NCBI GenBank assembly: GCA_977030845.1
Contig: OZ365110.1
Location: 27,342,001 to 27,406,000 of the forward strand
Reading direction: 5' to 3'
DNA: 64,000 nt
Source of the DNA: Fimbriosthenelais zetlandica
Taxonomy: Eukaryota
Both the position numbers and the translations under genes were made by a program. Positions 1 through 13,200 of the stretch are shown one piece after another. Each line of letters opens with the position of its first letter. Position 1 is the stretch's first letter. The notes beneath the pieces are model-generated. The model was not told the origin of the DNA and made no database searches. It worked only from the letters and a program-made list of their open reading frames with translations.

Positions 1-865
1 GTAAGTACATGTATAGTAACTAAGCAGTTTTACGAATCTCATAAAATGTGTGGTCTTAATAATGAGAGATGGTCACACGCTATTAGACCTATTAAGACGC
101 CTATTTCTTACAGTGTATAAGATACACCCTGAAGCATTTGGCTTTGCCTCTGTATACCCACTGAAGTGTGAAAAAGTGGTCAGTGTGGTGGCAACATGAT
201 AGGCTGTGGCCCCTCTAGATCCCCTCATGTCTGTGCTCTGTATGATTGCCTTATATGCCCCCAGATATGGACACATTCAGCACTGGGGTCATAAGAAGTG
301 GCTAGCCTACAGCTGTAAGCCACTTTTCAATGGCTTCATTCCACTCCTCTCAGCCCCTGCATACTCCTACACCTACATTAGTACTGGACTAAAAATGTGC
401 TACCTCTTTGCGAAGGAATTCTATGTTATCCCAAATAACTGTTGTCAAACGCTATTTGATCAATAAATTTAATTGTAGCTTCCAACAGACTAGTTGAATC
501 TTCAGAATTGGTCTGTACAACAGGGAAGTTTGATTAGAAAAAAGGACCCATTTTTGCGTTTCCATGGTTTGGTTAGTGGACCATGGAAGAGCTGCTCTTT
601 GTTAGTACGTGGCGTGGCTTTTGTTTTTGTCAATAGGAGACTTAGACTGAAGTCCCCGTTAATGCCACTAAGTTCAGCATGATTGATCGCCACTGCAGGA
701 CTCTGGTGATTTGTAAATGCCAGTTTGTTAAGGGTTTGCTTTTCATGGGCCCATGGAGATATGAAAAGGCTCTGCTTCTATCTGAAAGTGCAGAAATATT
801 ACTGAGGTGTATGCCACTTTTTTTCTTAGTAGATTCAAAAGATCTGCCTTGATGAATGCTACTTG

Positions 866-892
866 TATATATATATATATATATATATATAT
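866..892. repeat. (TA)n microsatellite
   Basis: About 13 perfect TA units. Confidence 0.95.
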
Positions 893-3619
893 TCCCGGAC
901 CAGTTTGGCAAGGATATTGATGTACAGAGATAGAAAAACAACTTAATTATTAAATATTATACATCCACCTATTCACAGCGTGTTAGGTCGTATGTTAGTT
1001 GGCAGCATGCTTGTCTGACTTTTAGGGTGAGGTTATTTGTAGCCGTGACATATATTCCCATGGCTGGCGCTGCCTCACAAATCCCAAGCACTCCCTAGAG
1101 TCCACTCTGACCGTTCTCTGAATAGTAAATAATATCTGCTTGTCATAGCCACATGTTTTAACTCTTGCTCACAGAGCCTATCTTGTGGCTGAGTGTGTTT
1201 CTTTATATTAATCGTTCATCCCGAAGCAGAGACGTGTCTTTTCTTTCATTATGTGGCGAAGTCCCTACTTTACAGCAACCGCAAAGCTTGCACAGCAAAG
1301 CTTTGAATTCCGGAATGGTCAGGAAATTAAGACTTTCTTACTATTTTCCAACAAGAATTCACAGTACTTTTGTAGCCTCCGAAGCGTTAGTTTGCTTGTC
1401 AATTTACCTGGAATTGATAGAATTGCAATCAGTTCGGAGATAAGAAAATGATTTCACTGCTTGCCGGGCAGTCCTCAGTTGTATCCCCATTGTCGCCCCC
1501 AACTCCAACTGTATCTTTATGGCTGTGGACCTTTACAGCCCTGCTGATTTGGCCTCCAATTACCCCGGTCGGCAGAGAGTGAGAAGGTGTTGTGGGTCAT
1601 GAAAGGTCTGGTGCCTGGACCATCTATATTAGTGGCTACATTTCCCACCTCCACATATGCTGATAGCAATCCAGAGGGGAGCTGCTCCACTGGTTTGTGG
1701 GAGAGCATCACGATGCTATTATTGCATTGGAAGTCGTTCAGCTCGTGTCCCAGGGTGCTCGGTAAGGGATTGTAAAGATTAGTGCAGCAGATGAGATGCA
1801 TACAAGTATCTATCAAATCTATCTCAACACTCGTATTTGGCTGATTGCTGCGTGATGGACTTTGGATCTGGATCTGGCTTTGTGTGTGTATCCTAAGCTT
1901 TAAATTCAGTTATGCAATACAGTTTCTAACTCTGCAGTTAATTCCAATAACTTTGACCTGTAAGGAAGGTGTCTCTTTAATTTGAATATACATTGCATGA
2001 GAATTCGTGTATGGAATGCCATCCTGATATAATGGCCCCTATATATTTCATTTCTATTATAGAGCCCTGGGGTCGAGTTCCTGCACAAAAGTTTAGTTTT
2101 TACATTCATGTCCTATGCTAAAGCCCTTGTTAAATAATTCACATAATCTCATTGACTCGCCCTCACATCTTGAGGTGGACAGTCGCCAAATCCTATTACT
2201 GCCCCAAACACTATTTCTAGGACCCTTACACCAGTGCTTTCATGGTCGGAACGAGGGCTTTTACCAGCTCGAGGGATCCCATACTAACATAAAAAGACTG
2301 CCTCTAGTTCACTGACTCCATTTCACATTCATATCACTGGTTGACTATGTCCTTCATTTGGCTACATAGTGCAGATAACCAACTTTTAGGAGGGAGAAAA
2401 CAGCTGGTATTTCTGGCCAACTGCACATCTTTACTCCTCCTGTTTATGTTGTGATGGAGAAGAAATTTTCCTTTGGTTTATTGCCTAAATATATGGGTGA
2501 CAAGGCTACGTCTTTTGCCCATTGCTGCACTATCCCGACCGATGGAAATTCCAATGTAAACGATGCCAGTTTTCATCATGATTAACTCCCAAACAAGTAG
2601 CGAGTTCATAGTAAAGTCATCATCTCATGATGTATTCGCCTTATTAAGTCCACCCGACCTCTATACTCAATCAGCCGGCACAGAATTAATGAGGCAACAA
2701 CATCCTTATCTTTCTGTATTATACGTGAATCTTATTTATGTGTGCGACACTCCTGTTTAAGGAGTCAACCAGACCCATGTTTATAGACCCTGACCCTTGC
2801 AAGTTTGCAATTCAGTTCTATCGTGAAAGGATCTCTAGTAATTCGGCTGAACATTCGGAAATTTATATTCAATCCACAATAGATGGACTACTGTTTAAGG
2901 ATCTATATACAAATTAATTCATGTGTCCCTTTAATGTCCGCCATTGAAGGTTTGTTGAACATTGTTTCGAATGTGACATTTGATAGCTTTCATTGCCTGC
3001 TACATAGGTAGAAACTGCCCAGCAGTTGACTGACTCAACAGGTATGGCGTTTGTACAAATTGGTCCATAGGCGGCTCCACAGAGCCACAGTTACTTTGTC
3101 CCCTTTGCACTTACACATTTGTTTTGTGAGAAAATGATTCAGATAAAAATCAATTAGAAGTTGCATGATCAATTTGTTGGGGATGATATGGCGTTAATTT
3201 GACCTTTAGATATAATGATTGCCTTCTGGATATAATCACTTGGAGCTAGCAGTTAACCTTTTGGGTATCGTAGATTTGGCCACTAAATAACACAAAACCA
3301 TAATTCATCGAGGCAGGCAAGTAGCCCTAGCAATTCAGTCGCCAATTTCCACTCCTAAAAATGTTATTGCCAATTAATTTTCTGTGAAGCCTTTTTCATA
3401 CTGCATCCGATTACTTCTGAAAGTGTTGTTCTGGAAATATCTATAAAATACAAACTTTTGGGGAATCCTATTTGCCAGATCAGACCTAAAATATGAATTT
3501 ATAAATAACATACCGCAGTAACTTACCCAATAGTTAGGAATAGTTAAATTTTTGAAGTCTTATGTGTGCAGTATTGTGCTTGATATGTCTTTCAACTTTT
3601 CTCTGCCTCTCACACATCC

Positions 3620-3685
3620 TCCTCTCCCTATCCCCTCCCCCCCCCCAGCCCTCTTCCCTCCTCCCCCCCCCCTCTATCTCTCTCT

Positions 3686-3727
<42 letters not shown>

Positions 3728-3755
3728 CTCTCTCACTCTCTCTCTCTCTTTCCCC
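3620..3755. repeat. C-rich tract plus (CT)n microsatellite
   Basis: Poly-C runs followed by about 80 bp of near-perfect CT repeat; explains the low-complexity ORFs 3552-3953 and 3562-3780. Confidence 0.95.
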
Positions 3756-6446
3756 CTCACTGAGGCACTCACTCGCCTAACCCTCATCAGAAGTGCTATA
3801 TCAGGGTACAGCTGGCGAGGCCTGGTATCCAACTGCCCTCCAGAGACCCTGATGGTCCTCCATACCTTTCCTCTCCTCCGCCAGAGAAGCTCAAGAGCTG
3901 CATTAGAAAGGGACGTTGGAGACTCCCTGAGGAGCCATCACGTTTACGTGTGAACATCAGGGTCTGAAGTCTTAATGGTATTAACCTCCGTGAGAAGGAG
4001 ATAAGTTGGCAGCCAATTGAGGCATAGGCCGACAAAGCGACATTTTATCTGGGCTGCATACCGTAATTGCTGCGGTAAAGTATTTTCCCTTAGATTTTTG
4101 TGTTGCTTCACTGGAGATATATGGTAGGTAGTCGTAAGTCTGGTTTATTCAAACATAGAATGAATTGATGTAATGGAGAGGATTATGAGGGGGAAGTGTT
4201 AATGGTGTGTTATTGAATATGCCATTCCCCATCCCCGTGATGGATTTGGAGGGAGGTCGTGAATATGATGAAAAAGAAATTGCCTTTCAATCCATCCTTT
4301 GCTGGGGGTTAACTAGAAATGTGACATTTATGGACCAGGGAGAAACTGGGCACATAAACAGCTGATTGGGAGATTGGAAAGGAGAGGAGATAAAGAACAC
4401 GAGTGAGGATACATTGGAAACCGGTCTGTACATTTCCGTATGTGATGGATTTCATGCACCTAAAGTCGCTGGGCGGTTATCTTTATGTACATTGGGTCAA
4501 TTGCCCATATGCAATTGGCAGGCCAATCCCATGTGTGACTTGACTTATTCATCAAAAACTTGATATTCAATACTGGTGCTTAAGAATTGTTCTCAAAATA
4601 AATAACAACTGCTACTTCAAACCATACTTTATGCTGTGGTCCCAACGAAAATTCCGCAGTACATTTTATTACACTTTGGAGATAACCTTTCTTAATGACC
4701 AGGTTGTGGAGCTTAATTTCTCCTAAACTTTATAACTACTTTTCCTGAATGAAACTAATCTAAAACCTCACTAGTGCTTGTTTGCTTTGTCACTCCTACA
4801 ACGACTGAGTGTTGTCAATGACGTCATCGACGTGACATTGCCATAGCAACCTTAATTGTCGTGTCAGCTGATCTGTTGACTCAACAGAAAAAAGGTGTCA
4901 TCCTTCCCACTAAGCTTTTAAATTACCAATTGCCATCTCCAATATCGTCGTCTAGGATATTCTTTCGGTCGACCGTATTTGGTTCCTTCTTCTGTCAGAT
5001 GAAGGAAATTGGTCATTTGCTTGGCTGGGCACAACCTAGTCAGTCATTGGTGACCATTTTGCTTATATTCCCTTGATGTCCTTTAGATTTACTGTCTTAT
5101 TTCATCATTGAACATTTGGACAAATTTCACACAGCTTGTTTTATAAAGCTTCCTTTGGCCAGTTAGTAAGTCCTCTGGAATGTTTCTTGCTTGCTTTGGC
5201 GAATTCCATCCAATAAGTTTTAAGCTTCGTGCCATCATGAATATAATAGTCCTATATTTGACTCTTTCATAAGGTCCATGTTTCTATAATTATTCTACAC
5301 TCTAACCTATGTAATGTTCAGATGATTGTCAAGGCTGAATCTTACCTCTGACATTCTCCTCGGTCCAAATGTGAGCTCTGCCAAATGTGCGCAAGAATTA
5401 ATGCTCCAAATCTGCCAAATACCGTTGGAAAACTGGTAAAATTGCATTACAAACTCCGGCAGATGAAATTGAAGCCTTTAAAAGACATGCTTCCAAACTT
5501 GTAAAAATCGACTCTTTCCCAGGCAAATGTGATAAGGGCTGGGACTGATTTTATTTTAGGTTTTAGCCACTCTGATTTCTCCATTTGACATTTTATCTGT
5601 CTCTTTGGACGAAACCATTTGAAGCCAACAAAATACTTTGGAATACTATATTTTTGAGAAATAGTAAGCCAGAGAAAATAGTATTAGCTACTTTTTGGAC
5701 TCCTAGGCCACATAATATATCTTGATTGTATAGTAACAATAGGTACTGCAATACATTGTATAATCATTAATGTATATATTATATATGTTTCAACCGTCTG
5801 GTGGTCTTCTTGGGGGAATGAATATAATGAAGTTGGATGTTTGTATGAAAATTATATGTCAACCACTAGATATTTCCTTATAAAAAAAGTCCCAAGTGTT
5901 TTAACTTGACTTACTGAAAAGTATTGCCATCTTCCCTTCTTGTTCATCATTTCCCTTGGCTTTGGTGCATTGCCACCCATGGGGGGCATTCTCTCTTCTG
6001 TTCCGCTTCCTGTCCGCACCCTGTGTCCCCAGACTGGCATAAACTGGTTCCCCAGACTCCTTGTTGAGTCAACAAACGAGGCTCAATTTGGATGGCTTGA
6101 TTGACGCCTGGAAAGGAGAGATAAAGCCCCATCCGGTGCTAATCATATCAAACAGATGTTGGGCTCCCAAATCAGTTGATAGATGAATATACGTCCTCTT
6201 GTGAAGTGCCACTATGGCTCTGTCAGTCTTTTGTAATGTACATTGGCTGGGATGTCTATTGTGACCGGATCATGACTTAATATGCCATTATGTCCGGTAT
6301 TATTGTCGTTATATTATCATGAATAATTACTATAGGGCGATTGATGCTACTGAAAGGATGCTGAAAGTCCTAGTTTGACTAGGCTCATTGAATGATCAAA
6401 TGTCAGGCTACAAATGTACACAAACAAGATCCAGGCATTTTTCCAG

Positions 6447-6483
6447 GCCTCTTCCCGTTGGTTCTCTATGTATACCACACATT
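6447..6483. repeat. Dispersed repeat, copy 1 (partner at 9990-10026)
   Basis: GCCTCTTCCC(G/A)T(T/C)GGTTC(T/C)CTATGTATACCACACATT, 34/37 identical. Confidence 0.7.
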
Positions 6484-9400
6484 CCAGCACCAAAAGTCTT
6501 CCTAATGGGTTTCTGAAGATTTCAGGATTTCTTTTAGTTGCCTGACTTCCATCCGTACTTTTGTTAATCCTGTCTACAGGCGGTGTAGACGTGAGGACAC
6601 ATTCACCCAACAAGTTCTCTCCAGTCCCCATCCCTGTCCCCCTGCCCTCCAGGCTTTATCAATCCTCCCTTCCTGGGAATCCATGGCCAGTCACTTCAAT
6701 CTAGCCACCACAATTACCTTAGGTCACACAGGGTCAACCTCCCTCTCACCCAATCATTAAAATGAAGCTTATCAATGTAAAAGGCTATATTTATACGTGC
6801 CAGGAAATGCATATTCTTTCAGTTTTATATGTCCGTATAATTTTGCGTGCCTTCGGTGGGCTTATATCTGTAAATGTAAGTAGTTTGTGAAGATTGACCT
6901 ATTATTCAGGCATGCTTTGAGTAGTATAGGAAAACATGACATTTACCGTGGCGAGGAAAATTTTTGCATCGTAGAATCAGTTCCGAGTAACGCGTTTCAA
7001 TGGATTTTATCAGAATTTTATTGTTTTCTCTAAATGTTTATTGCCACTCTCTTTCTGAATGGGATGAAGATCTCTTTTTTTGGCGCCAGGACGAGACAAC
7101 TGTTTCTCTTGTGACCTAATATCTTGATAAGATAACATCTTGATAAGGTTCTCTAATGATGACGTTCAAATTAAGGTTATTTCTGAAATAATAATTTGGG
7201 ATGTAAATAGACAACAAACTACAAAAGTTTGTGGTTCAATAAATTGCTGCTTTAAGATGTTTTCTTTGGAAAATCTTTGTTAGCATGGGGATTAGATTGT
7301 TTAAAAAAAAACTTGTTTGTTCTGACTTTAATTCCCCAGTAGATTCTACAAATGTAAGGTATAATCCGACAATTATTACTATACATGTAATTATTATTTT
7401 CAAGGAAAAATCAATTTTCTGTTTTATTGTCTGTAGACTCTTGGTCAATAAGAGTACTGCAGGACATTCAGTCATTTGTTACACATCTCGACAGGACCCG
7501 GGAATTGATGTTACCGTGTTACCAGGCCATAGATAATTCTACCAATTTCACAACCCCAAATAGGTCATCTATAGACGGTCCGGCTGAGGGGTGGCCCCAA
7601 TGATAGTCCATTAAGCTCCACACAAATGAAAATAGGATTGCTGGGGACATGCAGAAGACGACCGGTTAGGTTTAGTCTGCAATTGAGGGTGCCAGCAGAA
7701 CGGAGTCTTGTTACTGGTGGATTGGCGAAACGGTGCGATTGGATTGCAAGGAGCATGCATGACAGTATTATCGGCATCAGTAGGGGTATCCAGGGGGATT
7801 AGGCCCCGCCCAATAATCCACCCCTTCACACACAGACTCACACCCCTAGAATGAAGGGGAGTAGTGAATTCCCCATGCTGGACTGATTACATGTGCTGCA
7901 TGTAAAAAGGCTTGACATGGGCAGGGATTGCTGGGTGAGAGCTACATTGATTATTTCTTCCCTTCTTTTCCTACTTGAATATGTTCTCACCTCCAGTGCT
8001 TTTAACACCATTTCAATTTGACCATGGAATTTGCATATTAGTGAAAATGCTCCATACAATTTCGCATGGATACCAGGCCGAAACAGCAGGTTTTCATCAG
8101 CTTTGACTCTTTGAACTGGATGGAAGTTAATCATATTTAATGCCTGTTGAATCTCTAACAAAATCCTACTAAAGAGATATGCATTTCAGATTACGGTGGT
8201 CCGTGATCTCTTCTCGCATGCTTTAATAAAGAACCCATGTCCACTGGATGGTGCCGTTTCAATGATCTATGTACGTTAGGTCAACCGGTCCATGACAACA
8301 ACCTATAAGCTATATTGACTGACGCAGGCTCAGTGGACATGGCACTTTACGTATCACATATATACTGTATGTAAAGGTCCATGATGACTGACCCCTCAAG
8401 CTTATAAACCTGTGATATATTCAGGACTATGCACCATTATAGCCTTTCGGGATAGGTCCATGAGGACCCGTGTCTTAGAGGCGTTACAGTAAATCATCAT
8501 TAGCTCCAAATGTTGGCCAGGTTTAGCCTTGATGTCCCTGACTTGACCCTTGTTAGTGTATTGTTGTCATAGCAACTTATAAGACCATGTAATGGTTAAT
8601 GATGAACTGTGGTTATATTTTGAGGTCCACCCTTTAAGCAGTTATATTATTTTTCCCATGAGAGAAAACACGATCTTTTCTCTTCGATCTTATGCAAGAT
8701 GATCAATTTCATTTTAAGAGAGATCTTGACATTTTTAGGTCATATTTGCATTCTGCCTAAGACATTCAGAGTTATATCTGACTACAATTTGAAAAGAAGG
8801 TCAACGATTTCATATTGACAATATAAAAGATATTACAGAGCTCCTTACTCTAGATATCTTACATTATGTATTCAAACACCTTTCATATGGAATGTATGTA
8901 ATGCCGGAAGGTGTCAGATGTTTCCTCCTGTCCTTGCCATAAGGTATGTTGACAGCTCTTCCTAAGCCGAGTCAATGTGATAGTTTTGTAAGTTAGTATT
9001 ATATAGGCCTTCCTCTATTCTGGCTATCTCATGTCACGTTTATATGCGGCATCCTTAGGATGGAAGCTCCTTATAACCAGCTATAGTATACAGAAAAGTC
9101 TTGTTATATGGAAATAAAAGCAGTCCATCTGCAGGACGAAGCTGTGAAGTTCATCCAAAAGATACTCGTTTATCTTTACCGTGAAAATAACTTTTGTGAT
9201 TTAATCATCCAAAAGCCAATTTTTTGCCTGAAGCTTTTCCAGGCATAGGACCTAATTGCCCTCTCCCAGGTTCTATGCCTTGAGTGCGGTGCAATATTAT
9301 TATTACAAGTGTCATTATGTACATGTAGGCCCACCTTGGACCCCGGAGGAAGACCCACCTAGCAGGGGAACGACCCTGGAGGAGGCCTTTCATCATCTGC

Positions 9401-9989
9401 TATAACCCAGTTTTATGCACAGGTGATGCTTGGTAACTGCAGGCTGTGTTGAATTTCTACCAGCAGGACCTGCTAGTCAAACACTTATCTCCAATAATTT
9501 GTCGTGGAAAGAGACACTACTCACTGAATTCTTGGAGTGCCCATTTCTGATTTTTGTGTGTATACCTCCAAGGCTTTCACTATTAGAGGACCCTGGCATA
9601 ACCCTTTAACAGGAAAATACGTAGCAGAACTAGTTACAGGCTATCTGCCCTATTATCCTTCTGTGGCCTATAACTTGTAATTTAGCTTACAAATTACTTT
9701 GTACCGAGCCCTCCCAGTGACCCGTCTCCCAGGATGTATTATACATCATGTACTTTACTTTCTGTCACCATGCTTAACCAATGTTCAATCAATTCAGTTT
9801 ACCATTCCACATTTCCGTCCTTATTTCTAGCATAATAATTTAATTATGCAGAGGAAAGAAACATGTATGGTAAAAGACAAATTATTTTAAGTGGAATGAT
9901 TTTCTTATAATACCTAACGCTCTCCTGGTGGTGAACGTATGGAAATCATCTTGTACTAAACCACCCAAACTTGTCAGTACATGCCTCGT

Positions 9990-10280
9990 GCCTCTTCCCA
10001 TCGGTTCCCTATGTATACCACACATTGTAAATTATTCATACCTCTATTTCCACCTAGTCCTCTCTGTCTCTATCCCTTTCATTCTCCCTCCCCTTTGTTT
10101 ATAACCATATCTTCTGATCACACCATCCTTGCCTGGCTATTGGCGGCACATTCACTTTGTAGTGTATTGTCCTGTAGAATATTCCAATTCATCCGTTCAC
10201 TTTCCCCTCTACCATTCTTCCCATTATCTAGGCCACTATTCTTCTCGATGTGGCTATAGGTTTTCAGAAGCTTGATGGCT
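9990..10280 (-). mobile_element. Possible degraded 3' end of an RTE-like LINE (includes dispersed repeat copy 2)
   Basis: Minus-strand fragments IKLLKTYSHIEKNSGLDN and IMGRMVEGKVNG loosely resemble the RTE reverse-transcriptase C-terminal motif (..YFGHI.R..GLE..I.EGKVEG); requires frameshifts. Confidence 0.25.
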
Positions 10281-13200
10281 ATTTATGAGAGGTGTTCATG
10301 CTGACTGAAGTCCTATAACATGCCTCATCCCTTACATGTTGTAATCTGAGAACACTAGACAGTAAGTTTTTTTTGTCTCCACTTAACTTTGGGGTCTGCT
10401 CTCATGCCAGTTGGCCCCGCCTTAATTAAAAGACCCTGAGGGATTTTGATCATTGATAGAAGATGATCTTCATTTTGGCCTTAAACTTGGGCCTGAACCT
10501 TGTTCTTCCTGGCATGTCTGAAATAGATTGAGACCTGTACGGCAGTATAACTATCTTCAGGCTGTTTCCTGATAGCATTCGTAATCAGATTGCCATAGAT
10601 GTACCCTGCATGATTTCATTGTGTGACTGATGGCTGTAAATACATCCACGAGGTGGCTGAGTTTGGTGCAGAACAACTTTCAGGCCTGTGCATGTAAAAG
10701 AGTTCTATGTGTTATAGTAGTGTGGCAGTGAGATGAAGAATGTGAGGGTATGACACCACAGCGGGAGGTTGGCATGACCAAGGGTGACAGAGGAGACGGG
10801 CAGGATGATTGGGTAGAATGACTCCTTACCCTGATAACCTAGATATGCAACACAATCTATATGCCATACATCTCAGACATTGCATTACTGCAGGCTGAAA
10901 TCTTCTTGGGTTTTCTCCCTTTCTGCCTCCAAACACAGGGAAAGGGGATAAATTCGTTATAGATACCCGAGAAAAATGCTATCAATGTATGTTTTATTCC
11001 TTTTCCCTTGCTACAATGGCTTCTTGACATGTGGAAATATTCAGTTTCCGGTTATGTTCTAGTTGTTTAGCCATGAATGCTGTGAATCGAACGGATACTA
11101 CATAATTATTTTACATGGTTTGGGGTATCTGTTGGTATAATTGCAGGTGTTTTCATTTGTTGAAAAGCTTGGCATTGTTTTAAGAGATGGAAGTTAGCCT
11201 GATATGATGTAATGAATCTCAACAGAGCAACTCATGATATGCTCGCATTAAACATGGATCCAGCCCATCCTGACATGAAAACCGCCTACTGCCTGCTGTA
11301 AAGCACTTTTTCCCACAATGATTGAACTATTTGCCTCCTACACAGTTTTTACCAGTGGATTGTGGTACACTTTGTCCCCCATTGACTGCTGTCTGCAAAT
11401 ATATATAATAGGTTTTATTTGAATGTATATATTTTAACCTTGATGCAAAATACCGTTGGGATGCTTAGAAGGTATTCCGAATTTAAATAATGTACGAAAC
11501 GCACTAGAAACAGGACACACCCAAATATGTATAATTATTTACTTACAGTTTAAAAATGGGGCTGTCCTATTTCCTTCGTTTTCTAGACACATCCACACTC
11601 ATACCTATTTCATCAATATAGGCACCCTGACCATCTAATTCCCCTAGTGTCTTAGTAATTTGCTTCTTCCTCTCCAGTCCACGACCTCCACCTGTTTTTT
11701 CTGCTATCAGGCAAACACCAAACTTTCCTTTCCAGCACTTTGTATTCGCTGAGTACTGCTATTGTTATTTAGCCTCACTGCCCACAGTGTGATCGGGTAA
11801 ATTAGGTACGGTTTGCATGCCACACGGATAGGTTTAGGAAGATGGTAGCTAGATGCCCGGGCTAATTGACAGGGCATTAGAGCTAACCCCCACCAACTTA
11901 CTCCCCTGACTTCGGCTCCTCCATAAGACTCTCTCTTTATAATTGCCTGATAGCCCCAGCTTTTTCCCAATAAATGGAATCAGTCCTTCTAGACCGACTC
12001 GACCAAGTTAGTTTTTTACTTTTATTTAAGCAATTAGATACAGATCCCCGGTACTGTTCGACCTAGTACATCCTTTTGTTCAGAGATGCATGTTTCCAGG
12101 CAATGGCCTAATTTCAGTCTGTTGGGAGTTTCAGAACATTTCCAGCTTCCCTAATCCTTCCTGGTCATATCCCTTAGGTGAATCTTGAAGTATCAAAATC
12201 AAAAGAATCAAACAATCAAAATGTCAGAAACTTTTGAATAATGACATTTATTGTACCCCTGCTCGACAATTTCAGTATTTTGATGGGGTGCATAATAGCT
12301 TGTTTGTTATCAGCCAGACAGGCTTTATCATGTATAAGCTTTATCTGAATCCATCAAATTACTCCAGCTTATTAAAGACTCATAATTCAATCTCAGTATC
12401 AGATTATTAGATTAGTGAACCTGTTTTTGTGGGAGATGTGGTCCTGTATTAAGCCCGTAATTGGAGACTCCATGGATTAGTTGATGCGGTGTTTCATGTC
12501 CGAATCAAATATTATACTGAGTAGACCCGCCAAAAGGGAGATCAGTAGACATGAAAGGCTGAGAAACGAAAATGCGCCAGAGAGCAATAAACATTGGCAA
12601 CTAACATCATGCTAATGAATATATATTTACCAATCAACTGCTGTCTTGCAGCTCGGGGACAATACACTTGGACTGAATGGAGCAACCATGCACTGCAAGA
12701 AAGCATTTGCACAAGATGACAATATGCAATGTGTCCAGGAGTGTTTATCTGAAAGCTAGTGACAAGGAACACCGACCTTGCCTTAAGACTGGCAAACACC
12801 ATCAGGGATTCCCATTAGTAGACCTTGCTTGTGTCTGGTAAGAGACCCAGGAGGAGTGAACGACACCTGCTGAGAGACGAGACTTGCAAGTTACTGGCAA
12901 GGAAACTTAACACTTCACCACAAACATGCCATATCACTATTTGCCTTAACTTCCCAGGTACATTCATTAGTGTACAACAAAACAAGTTCAACTTACAGCA
13001 CTGAGTGTAACTCACTGATATATAATTTATATGCCCCTCTTGAGCCAGAATCCAAATGCCTAGAAATTCTGCTGTTTGATTCAGTATTAACTTGACCAAA
13101 GAGTAAGAATGTCATTCCATGCAAAAGAAATTGTATTGTATGGAATTAGTTTGAAAGTTCCATTTAGATTAATGTGAACTTCACTGAAGGTAAACGACAA

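Noticed and set aside
10561-10630. cttcag|G CTG TTT CCT GAT AGC ATT (LFPDSIR), like RAD17 LFPKEIQ
   Set aside because: Lacks the conserved ISFNP that should follow, hits a stop and has no good donor.
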